A stretch of DNA of 64,000 bases from Podarcis melisellensis (lineage: Eukaryota): the NCBI GenBank assembly GCA_964234715.1, contig OZ174277.1; one strand, 5' to 3'. The notes under the pieces were generated by a model. It saw nothing but the letters and a program-made list of their open reading frames with translations. It was not told where the DNA came from and ran no database searches. Both the position numbers and the translations under genes were made by a program. Below, piece after piece: positions 1 to 12,666 of this stretch. Position 1 is the stretch's first letter. Every line of letters starts with the position of its first letter.

Positions 1-1799
1 AGAGCTTTAAAAAAATGTAAATGAACTATGAATGTTTGGACTTGAATGAAATTTGGCAGACTAGTTGGCAAACAGAGAGATCTGATTTCATTGAGCCATG
101 TCGTTTCCAGCAAAATGTCACCGGGGAAAAAGAAAATTCAGCCCAGGTCTTAGCGCTTAACTACATTTGAGTTACTTCATTGCTTCTTCTAACATATTCA
201 GCCAGAAAACTACTTTTATTTATTTATTATTTTGGCCAGGCCAATAATCAGATCACCACATATATTATGCTGTTCTTTGAGATTCCTGACTTCGTGTGGA
301 ACCAGTTACTAATGGGAGAACTTAAAAGGAATGATGTGCCCATTTTACTGCAACACTGAAACCTGTAAATCCCAACCTATTTGATCGCACAGAAAGGGTG
401 TAAAGAATTTGTTTGTTCCCGTCACTGGAGGGAAAAGTATCTGTAGGCAGGAGAGTTCCATACAGACATTGGGGCTCCTGTACACATAAAGATAATTAGA
501 GGATGGAACTGGTATTCTACTGGGCCAATAGGAGAAGTGGGCCCTCCATGCCTTTCTTTCCAGCACTTGGGCCTTTCCTCAGGCTGCCTCCACCCAACTC
601 TCTAGACCACACTCTTCATCCTGGGCCAGCCATCCTCAAATACTCTTGCCAGGCTGCAATGTGCCTTTAAACTGTGGTAATGCTTTTTGCCTCCCTTGGT
701 GGAGAGAAATGAGGGTGGGAGTAAGTAAACACCTTTTGTGGCTGGAATATAGCCAATGGTACAAAGGTAAAAGTTGCACCCATTGATCTGCCCTCTTTTG
801 CCTCCGGCCCCAGCAGATTTTTTCGTAAGGAATGCAGCCCTCAGGTTGAAAAAGGTTGCCACCCTTGCTTAAGATAGTAAGGCCACTGCAGAAACTACCA
901 GTTCCTAAGCCCTGCCTGTGCATGCCAGCCAGGGCAGAAGGGAATGGGGAGAAGATTCTGCTCTAAGCTTACACCCGTGACCTCTAATATTTGCAACTTA
1001 ACTATATCAGCTTCAGATGGAGCTTCTGATTGGTAGTTCTTGATTAAATAAATAGCCACATATTGTCAATTTCCATACATTATTGTCCCCTTCCAGAGAA
1101 GCAGCTTCTGTAATAGAAGTTTGGAGGCCCATTTTCTATGAGTTGCTTCAGTGCCATTGGAGTAACATTTAAATGATCCAGCCCCATGGATGTTGATCTT
1201 CCCCATGCAACTGGAAACCGCTCTCCTGATTCTCATCAGCTGGACCCCGGTCTACACAGCTGGAACATTTAAATGTTACTGCATGCATCAACACATTTGA
1301 TTTCCCCCCCCCCACCTTCATTTTAGGAAACAGCTGCTACTGCACAGCAACATTACCTTCTACTAAATTCTTACATTTTCCACTGTCTTTTTTTGGAGCT
1401 TAAACTAAAAGGACTGGATATTATCAGTTACTTCTCCAGCTTTTAGAGACTTTAATTCAAAGTTTCCTATTTTGCTACTCTTTGCTGTTCATTAAGGCGG
1501 GTGGGGAGGGTGGGGAGAGAGAGCGCTGACATTTTTTAGCCAAGAGCCTGATAAGTTCAAAAGAAACCGAAGCCTTTGAAAAGACAGCAGCAAGAACATC
1601 TGAACAACAAGTAAAAGAACTGACTGTTTCTCTAGGGAATCGGAGATAATGCACAGGGCTTTCTGTGGATCTTGTCTTTAATTTAGGCTCATATGAATTC
1701 ACACCTTTTTTAAAAAAAAGCCAGGGGGAAAAGGAGACAAAACTCTCCTAATATTATTTATTTCAGGATTGCTGGACTAACTTAGTTTTAATGTCAAAA

Positions 1800-2124
1800 T
1801 AGTCATAGTCCATCTATCATAGGTTTATGACTTTGGATGTTCTAAATATGTTTTATTTGGCGATCAGCCTCTTATACTGTAGTTGTTTTAAGTGCGAGTC
1901 TTTTAGTTCTTTTGCTCTTACAGTTGTTTTAACTGCGTGTCCTTGTTTGTTTTTAGTTATTATTTGTTTTAATTATCAGTTTTTTATCCATCCACTATCC
2001 GTGCCTAATATTGTATTTTATCCAGATGTTTTATCCTATGCCTTATCGGTTAAAAAATCCTAACTGCTATTTTATCTATATGCTTTTTTAATCCTGGTCT
2101 GAGACCGTAATAAAGTTCATTCAT
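1800..2124 (+). mobile_element. Probable LINE 3' UTR end (clade uncertain)
   Basis: T-rich tract ending in a GGTC-TGA-GACC hairpin (2096-2106), AATAAA (2109-2114) and a ttca repeat. Confidence 0.5.
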
Positions 2125-3732
2125 GTTTTATTTGTAATTATTTTATGACTGAATGTCCATTAGTCACCCTGGGCAGCATGCAAATATTTTAGGAAAGATA
2201 GAATGAATGAACAAAGAAGTACAACCTTTCATCAGTGCAACAACTTCTGCTTTTGTCAAACAGCAACTTATCGAAAATATAGGGTTGCATTCAACGTAGC
2301 ACTAAAGCTAAGCAAATCGTTCCGTCGGTGCAAGGATTTCTCCTTGTGCAATGCAACATTATTCCTCTCCCCCCTCGGCACATGCTCTAAATCTCTTCTG
2401 GAGAGATTTCTTCTGATCCCCTCTGGATCAGATTTTGGGGTGGTGGGGGTACATGCCAGCAGAAGAGGGGGCGAGTCTTGTTGCAGTCGTGTTATTCCTT
2501 ACTAGCACAATTATTTAGTTTAATACCACTCACAAAAAGGCGAACTTGTGCAAGGCACTTCCACAGGCTGTAAAACTGCACATAGCTGGTGCAAATTCCA
2601 GTTGGGATGTTTCAAATATCTACTGCCAGCTGAATGTGCAAATTACTGTGAATTTCACTGACAACATTCCTCTATAATGTCTAAATCTCTTTTAACCAAT
2701 GGTGCATGTTGAACAGGGTTCATAGCAAGTATGAAACTGAGATGCCAATTCTAAAGTCACACAGGAAAAGGTTCCACTGAAATCCAAGGAAGTGTTTAGG
2801 ATTAAGGAAGAAGAAAAGCTATATATATATCTATTGCTTCCTTCTGTTAATCACAGCACGCAACAGAGCTAAGGAATAAAGACGGTAGACAGCAGGATGA
2901 ACCATCTTGGATTTATGCCTCTTGAACAATTCCAGAGGTCTTCTTCCTTTTGAAAATACTTAGCTAGAGATAAATAGGCTCCTGAAGAAATACAGTTGCC
3001 TCGATACAAATGGCTCATTTCTCAGATGTTAAGCCTGCCTGATTGCAACAGAACTGACTTCCAGCTGATGTATTTGTGTCTGAATTTAAGATTATAACCT
3101 TTGCAATGCTTTTAATCATTCTGCAGCGAGTGTGCATATATGCTATATAGGATGGACCAAGAAGCCTATTTGAAACTTAATTTTCTAGTCAATCCCACTG
3201 AACTTTTCCTTCAGGGAGACTAGAATTACATAAATTGCACTTTCTTTGAATTGCTTCAATATATGAATTACACCACCGTATGGTGTCCCTGGGCCAGATT
3301 CAATTCTTTGCATTCAAACTGTGACTAAAGCATGTTACCTTATACAAAAAACATGAACTGGAGAGGGTGAATTTTATGGGAGACATTAATCTATGCCAAA
3401 GCTGTTAGTCAGTCATGGTAGGTGGCATTAAATTTGCATGCTATGCCCATTGTGTGTAGCTCCAGTGGTCATTCTCTCCAGAAAGGAAAATAATTGTACA
3501 AAGAGAGAGCGATTCAGTTTTTTAATCAATTTCCTTATATGTATCAAAGTATATACAACTCAAATATACTATCATCTCCCTTCAGCTCATTCCTTCTTGG
3601 ATATGCCCAGCAAGGTGCACCTCAATCCTTGCCTCCCTTCCATAAATACAAATAAGAAACAAACAGGCCCAGCATTTTGCCATCTGAGGCAGACGAGGAA
3701 ATCACTACCTCACCAATCAGTTGTATGGTACC

Positions 3733-3912
3733 CAGGGCTGACCAAGTTATTTTTGGCACCTGAAGCAGAACGTATAACAAATGCCTCTGCCTGGGAGGAA
3801 AAGCGCAATCATATTAAATTTAATAACTTACAATTTGCAGCTTTTTCATGACATCCACAACTAGCTGCCTGAGATTATCACCTCACTCTGCCTAATGGTA
3901 GGGCTGGCCCTG
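3733..3912. mobile_element. hAT-like MITE remnant
   Basis: Ends CAGGGCTGACC / GGCTGGCCCTG. Confidence 0.5.
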
Positions 3913-4884
3913 GAAAATAATGCCTTTAAAAAGTCCAGAAGGTTAATCAGAGCAAAATAAAAATCAAAATCCCTGGAGCTAAATAGACAAGGAATTTCAT
4001 GTTTGAAAACCCACAATAAACATCTGCCAGAGACCTGCTTCTCTCAGGAAAGAAGAGGTTTAGCAGGGGGATATGCAGGCTAGCAAGAAAATTCTCTAAG
4101 CCTAAATTTGGACATCTTGCCCATGTGTTTCCATATTGCCAACTTAAGTTGTGTTATACATAGAGGTTATGAAGCCCAGCCAGCTATTCTGAGATGTAGA
4201 TTTGAGCTATTTATGCTTGTATCACATTTATTGGATATAGCTGTCAAATCCTGTCGTGACAGCTTGCAAATATTTAATGAGCAAGAACACAACTCTCTAT
4301 TTTTTTTAAAAAAAATGCTTGAGTTTATGTTTTCTCTTCCAAATACATCCTACTTTTCCTTTGCTACTGTTCTGTTATGCCCTTGTTTTATTAAAGGCTC
4401 TGACCCCCATAAAGAGCTTACTTGAGCCACAGCGGATGTTGTTTCACTGCTTGGCAAACTAATCACAAATATTTTCAAATACTGTGTTCCTATATTTTTA
4501 ATCTAGGCAACATTATCAGCACTTAAGCCAAGAACAAATGCCTGGATATTCAGAAAGTGCCAAGGAGCCCCTAAAACTATACCAACAAGTTTAAGGGAGG
4601 GGAGAAATATTTTGCAGAAAATCCATGGCTATTCATTTGTTGTCCAGCAGAGGGTGACCTAAGTATGCTATAAAGCCAAAACACCAGTCTTCCGCTTTTA
4701 TCAGTGTTTTCTTCTACACTGTCTAATAAGATGTGCCTGCAGTTTACAATAATTTTGGAAATAGACAGAGAGTCATATTTTCTCTAATTATCTTTGCTAG
4801 TTACAAAACACAATGAAGGAAATAAATCTTAATTAAAATATTTAAAATGTTCCATGGAAAATATGAAAAGTGTGTTCACCGTGT

Positions 4885-4980
4885 CAACAACAATGAGTTT
4901 TGTGGCACCTTAAAGACCAACCAATGTATTGCGACATAAGCTTTAATGGGCTAGAGGTGGCCTCTAGTTCATCAAAGTCA
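4885..4980 (-). mobile_element. Penelope-like element terminal-repeat remnant
   Basis: Minus strand ...AAAGCTTATGTCGCAATACATTGGTTGGTCTTTAAGGTGCCACAAAACTC; homologous to the 24015 and 60033 segments. Confidence 0.6.
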
Positions 4981-6424
4981 GTCAATAGGTTTGCTTCATT
5001 TTTATAATTTTGAGTTTTGTTATCTGTTGTTTTACTGTAAACTTGCTTTGAGTACAATCTAGTGTAGAAAAGCACAATAGAAATTATTTAAAGAAATGAT
5101 TAAATAGATGTTGACCATTGTTATGCCACAGGCCAGATCCTGATCTCCCCCATCCCCGTGGGCCAATTCTGACAGGTAATCAATCACCTGATGTCACAAT
5201 GAAATCAGGTGAGCCATATATGCCTGCATGGTTTGAAACAAAGTCCTGTGGGCAAAGGCACAGGCTCCTGGCAAGCCTTAGTGATCAGCTGATCATTGGC
5301 GCTTGCAAAGCTCAACACACAGGGCTTTGCAAACTCATGGGCCAAATGGGGAGAGACAGGAGGGCCTCAATCAATATACAGAATGAAGTGATACTAAAAG
5401 GCTGAAAGAAGAAATCCCCACATCATCATTAGCACCATCATCATTATTCATTTCAAAGCTGTTTGCAACATGTTAAAACATCAACTAAAACCATCCAGAA
5501 TAAAACACTACAGAAAGTCAGATACAAAGAATACATTCAAAGCAACATAATTAACAGGAAACTAAAATATTATCTTAAAGATTTTAAAACAAAACAAGTA
5601 AATATAACAAATAAATATAAATTTAAAAAACCAAAAAAACCCCCAATACATTACTCAGTGTCACACATCACCTAATAATATACTTCATCACTTTTCCGCA
5701 ATGTATGATCTGATTGCTATGTTACATTCATGCAGAATTTTTACACGGAATTGGCATATGATGTACAGTGCAATTCTTAAGAACTATGCTTGGAAGTAAA
5801 TCCACTAGGCTTCTAAGTTTGTGTCAGTGGAACTCCTCTGATGGGATGTTCCCTCTGGCCAGAGGAGAATGGGAAGTGGATTTTTACTCATTCTTCCTAC
5901 AACCCGCAGCATTATTTAAAAATCTGGTCTAGGCAGTTGAAGAAGAACCCTCTAGAACAGTGGGGAAGGCAGTGCAGGAGGGGAGCTTAGGGGAACAAGT
6001 GAAAATTGCCTCCATCCTTTCAGCTAATGAGAACCTACACTGGACCAGAGTTTCTTCTGTGACTAGAAGGCAACCTATTGTTTGCAGAAGGGCAATTCAG
6101 GATGCAAGGCACTGAATTCACTCCCTGGTAAGTGCATTTAGATTTGCAGTCTCAATTCCTCACTGCCCTGCATAGCCATTTTTACCAATACAAAACAAAT
6201 GCAATGTGGAGGCAAAATGCTAATCTGTTATCCTTGGCTTACTTGGGCACAATTAAATATGATGCCAACTGGTTTGCATTCCCCACAGATACTTCAGAAA
6301 ACTCTCAGCACAATTTTAAAAGGCAATATTAGAATGAGATCCTGGCAACACCAGCATATTGTCATGCTAACTACCACGAGCATAAGCATTTATATCTTAT
6401 TGGCTTCCAGAATTTGTTCACATA

Positions 6425-6608
6425 CAGGAGTGCCAACCTGAACAAAAAGTATTGGGGGAGAGGGAGGTAAGCCCCGCCCCACCTAACAGATCACATGAGG
6501 CAGTACACATACACCATTTGAATGGCAATGCCCATCAACTTGGATGGGGGCTCAAATATCTTATGGGGGAGCTGAAGACCCCTCAGCTCCTAGGAGTTGG
6601 CTCCTATG
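6425..6608. mobile_element. hAT-type MITE, copy 1
   Basis: Ends CAGGAGTGCCAAC / GTTGGCTCCTATG; 8-bp TSD ttcacata/ttcatata; internal caccatttgaatggcaatgcccatcaact shared with the 14024 copy. Confidence 0.75.
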
Positions 6609-7182
6609 TTCATATACCGCACTGGAAATATTCCTGGACTATTTGAATAACTGGAGGCAAAGTTCCAAAGCCCTATCTGGGCATTTACAAAGTCTATCCA
6701 TGGAGGTGACACCAGTTGAGGGTGGAGGTGTACGTCATCACCACTTCCAATGTTTCTGATTAATAGAAGGGCTACAATACTGCCAGATGGTTTGGTGGAA
6801 AGTATAAATACAATTTAAATAATTAAAAAAGTGTCTGTGGTTGTAATTAGGCCTGAATAGTGCAGTTCTGTAAACAAACCCTGATCTGAAATATTATGGT
6901 TGCCATTTTGCAACCTGCCAACCTTCTCATGAATCTATTCATGAATTATTCCACAGAAATGAGCATTATGCATTCTTGTGATTTCTGTATTCTCATATCA
7001 TTTAATGCCAAATCATTTGTATGCTCACAATAATCTAAATCTTCCACCAAACCATCTTTAGTCTGATTTCTCTGCCAAATCAGAGTGGCACAAGAACAAC
7101 TGTTTATATATATCCCATAATGCACTACAAATAACTGGAGTCTTTAACTGGAGTGAGCAACTGACAATGTTTTGGAAGGCTA

Positions 7183-7344
7183 TGAGTCAGGAAGGTAAAT
7201 AGGATCTTTGTCGTCTGTCCCCAAGAGACCTGTAACAAGAAACTCCTGACTCACCCAAATACTGTGAGTCAGGAAGGTAAATAGGATCTTTGTCATTTGT
7301 CCCCAACAGAACGGTAACAAGAAACTCCTGACTCACCCAAATAC
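7183..7344. repeat. 82-bp tandem duplication, each unit bounded by a 10-11 bp inverted repeat
   Basis: Two units with 5 mismatches; TGAGTCAGGA...TCCTGACTCA. Confidence 0.95.
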
Positions 7345-7520
7345 AATAAAGCCCCACTGCACTTAGTGACTATACTAAATAATGACACTAGACAGCAGAG
7401 CAAAAGCAACCAACAAACGGAGTTCTAATTGCCAGCTGCTGCTTGGGGCTTGAAAAATCAAGCAGAATGCTACCTATGAGTTTTGCACACTACTATCCCA
7501 TTGCAGTTTCCCCCCTTGCA

Positions 7521-7644
7521 AGCAGCAGCTCTCCAAAGGTAGGCAGGAGACCTTCCTAGCCCTAACTGGAGATCCTGATGATTGATCTTGGGATCTTCTG
7601 GTATGCAGATCAGCTGCTCTGCCACTGAGCTACAGCCTTTTCCC
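7521..7644 (-). mobile_element. tRNA-derived squamate SINE fragment (Squam2-like)
   Basis: Reverse complement reads ggctgtagctcagtggcagagc...cccaagatcaatc...gatctccag; homologous to the 19900 and 41820 copies. Confidence 0.7.
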
Positions 7645-10130
7645 CTTTTGAATGCACAGTTTTCCTTTCTTCAAAGGCACAGAAGAGCTCATAATCCAAG
7701 CACAGTTACTTTTTTCTAAATCCCATTTGCTTCCAAAAGCTATGTAAACATCTCTGGGAAGGACTGTAGTTCCCATGTCTGAGCCATCCAAGCCACTCTA
7801 TATTGAAAAGTATAAGAATGCTACAGGCTGAAAGAAAAGTCAGAAAGATTTCTGAAAACACTCCAGCTGAAACCTATTTTTAAACAAAAAGGAACAGCAA
7901 AAGGGGGAGTAGGGTGACTTTTTCCTACAATTTGCCGAAGTGCCACTTAAAGCTGTCCAAGGAGATGCCAAAGATATAGGATGCGATGCTGCCTAGAGAG
8001 ATTGCATGATCTTGAGGAGTAGTGACGATATTGACATTGTGTTTTCACTGTCGCTGCACTGACAGCACAGACTGTATCAAAAAGTTTTAAAAGCAAAATA
8101 GAGGTTAGATCCATTATCGATACTCTAAATTAAAAGAATAAATGAATCACCCAACTGTAGTTAATAGGCAATTAACATAATTCTGGACCGGTGTAGCTGA
8201 AAGATAATGAAAAAGCTGATTGCAAATGAACCAGGAGTAATGTGGGAGGTTGTAATAGTCCCATAACTCTGAATGAGAATCCTGCTTCCCCTCTTAATTC
8301 TGGATGCTTTGATTGGCGAGGGCCTTTATTGTGCCATGAAACTCACCTGTCAGAGAAGAGGACGTGGAAGGGGCCTTTATGTCTCAGAGGATGGGGCAGA
8401 GAGGGAAAGCTCCACATTTTGGAGACTGTTGTTGAAGAGAATGAGAAACAAAAGAGAAGAATAAGAACTAGCTGGGGAAAGGGTCAGTGAGGTGACTGCA
8501 GGACCAACAACTCTTTCTATAGGCACAATAGCAACACAGGGTAGAAATATGCCAGTCCAAGGGGCCCGGGTGACCCCCGCATAATGTCCTATTCACACAG
8601 GAGAACTTGCTTTTGAGTAAGCATGCATTGGCTTGGGCACCTGGCAGGAATTTGTAAGCGGCTGCCAGTGTCATCTACTGTGACTGGTAGTGGGTCTCGA
8701 CAGGGTCTCAGGCAGATAACTTTCACATCACCTTCATACACCCAAACTGACCCCCCAAACCTGGAGATGCTAGGAAGTGAACTTGGGAGTTTCTGTGTGT
8801 GCAAAACAACATGGGTTAAGCTACACAGTAGGTAAAAATGAAGACAAAGATCCTGAAAAAGCCACATTTGCTGTTGCCATGAGAGAAGCTAGATGCTGTT
8901 GCTGCTTCTCAGAGCCGTCATAGTAACCCTTGCTGAAGAACCTGGATGCAGCCTTTAACTGCAGCTGCACAGGGTGCTTCAGCCTGCCTACTCAAACAGC
9001 TGATGGGCAGTCACCAATACATGGCCAGCCCATGCAGTGTTGTGTGCACTTTCAGTGTTTATCCTGGGAGAAAATAATTTTGCCTATATACAGAAGCAGT
9101 GGTCCATGGCAGGGAAATGAATGTCAACCATAGCAAACACCCTGAGAGGCTAAAAGCTTTCACTCTCTCTATTTGACCTCTCAGGTCAAATAGCACACCT
9201 CTCAGTTGAGTGGTGATTTTTAAGGCAAAGCGGCTAGGAGGTGATTAGAAAGTAAGCTAAGGGGGACCCACTGATGGCTTTTTTGCTGGGCAGAGGAGGG
9301 GTTATAATCTAGAGATGACCCTGTTGAAGCTACTGTTGGGACATGTTACTAAAAAGCAGGGACTAGGTGCTGGAACTGGGTGGCTTATAGCCAACCTGGA
9401 TGATTTTATCTCCGTGCTCTTACAATAGTCTGAGCCCTACGTGAGCACTTAGATTCATTTAATATAATGCCACTGTTTAAAATGGTTTTCATTTAATGCT
9501 GTAAGTGACAAAGATCAAAGGGATAATAATGTCCTTTTTTCCCTTTGCAGACGACTCCTCTATCCGGATTTTAAAACAGATAAGCATGTCTTTACCTGTT
9601 CACCAAGGGTGAAATGATTCTATTATCACATTTGCACAAAATGGCAAACAAATTGCAGTCCTGGAAAAAGCTAGCATGTTTGTTGGAGAATCTGCCTCTT
9701 TCTCTTGCTTTTAATGGACTCACTGAAAAATGTTCATTTATTGAAAATGACATGTCATCACCCCAAGTTCCACTCTGACCAAGCTAAACTGAATTACCAC
9801 AGATTTTATGGAGGTGTTTAATGAATGACTAAATCTGGATTTCAGATATTGCACTTCATATGTCGTTCTCTAAACTGCCTCACCATATTGCTTGATGCAT
9901 AGTTAAAATACTATAAAATGACTAAGCATGGATTAACAGAACTGTATACTGCCTAATTGTTAATAAAGCACGTAAGCAGTTATTATTATGACTGCAATTG
10001 TTTCTTGGGTTGCTGTTTTTGCAACAGGAACAGATTCAAGCCTCCTTCCCTTCCCCATCCCAAGTCACGTTTACACAAACCAGGGACATCAAGCTAATTT
10101 GTTTATACAGATATAGTATCAAGCAGAAAG

Positions 10131-10258
10131 TCGATGGAGTGACCTCCAGATGTACTTGAACTACAAATCCCATCAGCCCCAGCCACTGTGGCCAATGGTC
10201 AAGGACGATGAGGCTTGAGTCCAACAACGTCTAGAAGGCACCACATTAGCTACCCCTG
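10131..10258. mobile_element. Short palindromic 'actacaactcccatcagccc' MITE family; related copies at ~24506-24702, ~34480-34597, ~47412-47516 and ~51185-51273
   Basis: Shared ccagatgt...actacaa(a/c)tcccatcagccc...gtccaaca...cccctg motif, recurring five times in the window. Confidence 0.65.
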
Positions 10259-10700
10259 TTATAAAGAATACCACCCTCCAACTCCATAGCCTACCTATGT
10301 ACAGTAATAAAACGACACCCAAAAAGTGGCACATTCTAGAGAATGACAGGTGCTCCCGTGTCCTGATCAAATGAACATGACTTTAGTGTGCTACCTGAAT
10401 GCTAGGCACAGCTATTTTTCTTTGTATTGTATGTCCTTAGTGTCTGATTCTTTTCACAGAGTGTCACTCATATCCACATGTACTCTTAGATGCATATTGT
10501 GGGGGGCAGGGTACAGAGATGTAGAACGCTGACAGGAAATCATGGTGCTCAGCAGAAAACTATATATTTTTGACTCTCTAAGCCCACTGGGCAATGGATG
10601 ACCTTCAAAATGTGATGCTCACATGACATTGTCAATGGAAGTTTTCCAAAAACTATTGTGCATCCTTGGATAAATTTAACAGATCCTGATGTGGGTAGAA

Positions 10701-10752
<52 letters not shown>
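10701..10752. repeat. (AAT)n microsatellite, tail of an adjacent minus-strand L2-like end
   Basis: ~17 perfect units. Confidence 0.95.
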
Positions 10753-11935
10753 TACTACTTATACCACACCCATCTGGCTGTCCCTCCCCAGCCACTCTGG
10801 GTCGCTCCCAACATAATATTGAAAGCACGATATAGAACATTTTTGTGCTTCAAGTGTTTACTACTTTCCATTGATGAATATTGTGAAGCTCATTAGCTCA
10901 GAGGAGCCAAACATGACATCATTAACAGTGGCAAGACTGAATTTGGGCTTAGTTTTCCTGAGAAAGAGTTGTTCTTGCTCCCTCTCTCCTGTCCCTCTCT
11001 CAAAAACGAGGAGGATTCAGCGAATTGTACCCATCAGCAGAAGTGCTGAGCAAGGTCTTCCACTTGTGCTACAGGTTTCTCCTCCCCCCACCCCAACTCC
11101 TGAAATTGGCTCAGGTAGAGTGGGGGGTTGGCAGTGCATGGGGAAAAGAGACAGATGAATCATTCCATATGGCAAACCAAAATGCTTACCCTGACATAAC
11201 AATTGCCTTAGCAAAATACTGAATGAGTTTGTTTTTTTCTTGTAGGGCTCTAGGGATCAATATTTATCTGCAGACCCAAATCAATTACTTTTACCCCAAG
11301 GAAGTACTTCATCTGTTTTCCCACCCAAACTCTATGAAGCTCACTTGGCCAATTACACTCTCTTAGTCTAATGTACCTCATAGGGTGGTTTTGGGGATAA
11401 AATGAGATAACTCATATGTATGTATATTTCTGCCGAGAGAGAGAATTTCGGGATAACTATATGAACACCTCTTTCTATAGTAAATATCAGCTATATTGCA
11501 TAATATTCATCAGGTTTTAGTGCAATGATTTAAAGTAATCTCTTTTTCCTAAGCATTTTAACACAATTGTTTTGAAGCGCAAAATTAATCTAGCTGCTTT
11601 GAAACCCTCCAAAATATGAAATAAGAAATGGGCTTAAGAACAGAAGCTTTCGGGAGGAGGGAGAGAAAGGGAGGTTTGAGTCCATTAAATCCTCCTAAAT
11701 ACTCATAAGCTCATCAAATTTCATCTATAGGATATTTAAATGGCTCCAGTTAATACAAAAGTTGAGCCCCTCACCCTTGTCAACATCTTATTCTTTATAA
11801 CATTCCTCTGAATTTGCACTTGGGAAGTTTTATTACCTCTAGCAAATGTAACTGTGTTCCACAGCTAAGGCAATGCTGAATATTCTCCTATTTTTATTTT
11901 TGAGCCAAAAATAGTGACTCAGAAGAACAGAAGTA

Positions 11936-12320
11936 AAGGTAAAAAAAAGTAAAGAACCCCTGGACTGTTAAGTCCAGTCAAAGGCAACTATGGGGTTGCG
12001 GCATTCATCTCACTTCAGGCTGAGGGAGCCAGCATTTGTCCACAGACAGTTTTCCGGGTCATGTGGCCAGCATAACTAAATCACTTCTGGCACAAAGGGA
12101 CAGAGTGACTGAAGCCAGAGCGCATGGAAATGTAGTTTATCTTTCAGCCGCAGGTACCTATTTATCTGCTTGCACTGGTGTGCTTTCAAACTGCTAGGTT
12201 GGCAGAAGCTGGGACAGAGCAACAGGAGCTCATTCCATTGTGCAGATTTGAACCACCGACTTTCTGATCAGCAAGCCCAAGAGGCTCAGTGGTTTAGACC
12301 ACAGCACCACCCGCTCCCTC
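11936..12320 (-). mobile_element. Sauria SINE, older diverged copy
   Basis: Reverse complement of the copies at 22750/24074; 12-bp TSD agaacagaagta (11924-11935 / 12321-12332). Confidence 0.9.
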
Positions 12321-12426
12321 AGAACAGAAGTATTCAGCCTTTTAACTGTGGGAATATTCACTTTTTTCATTTATATTTAGTGACCTGCCAACTGCTGAGG
12401 TGTAATCACCTCCTCTACTATTAAGT

Positions 12427-12625
12427 GAGCCTGTGTGATGTTGTGTTTAGAGTGTTGGACTAGGACTTAGGAGATCAGGATTCAACCACAAAACTCACTG
12501 GGTGACTTTGTCAATCACAGTCTCACATCCTAACCTATCTTACAGGGTTGCTGTGAAGATAAAACGGGGAGAAAGAGAACAATGTATGCAACCTTGAGCT
12601 CAATTGGAAGAGAGGTGAGATAGAA

Positions 12626-12665
<40 letters not shown>
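12427..12665 (+). mobile_element. CORE-type squamate SINE (Squam3/MIR-like) with (AATC)n tail
   Basis: tRNA-like head, CORE-like ctgggtgacttt...ctaacctatcttacagggttgctgtga, microsatellite tail 12626-12665. Confidence 0.75.

Positions 12666-12666
<1 letters not shown>

Noticed and set aside
7183-7344. CRISPR-like repeat-spacer reading of the tandem repeats
   Set aside because: Eukaryotic locus, only two units, the 'spacers' are near-identical and there are no cas genes.
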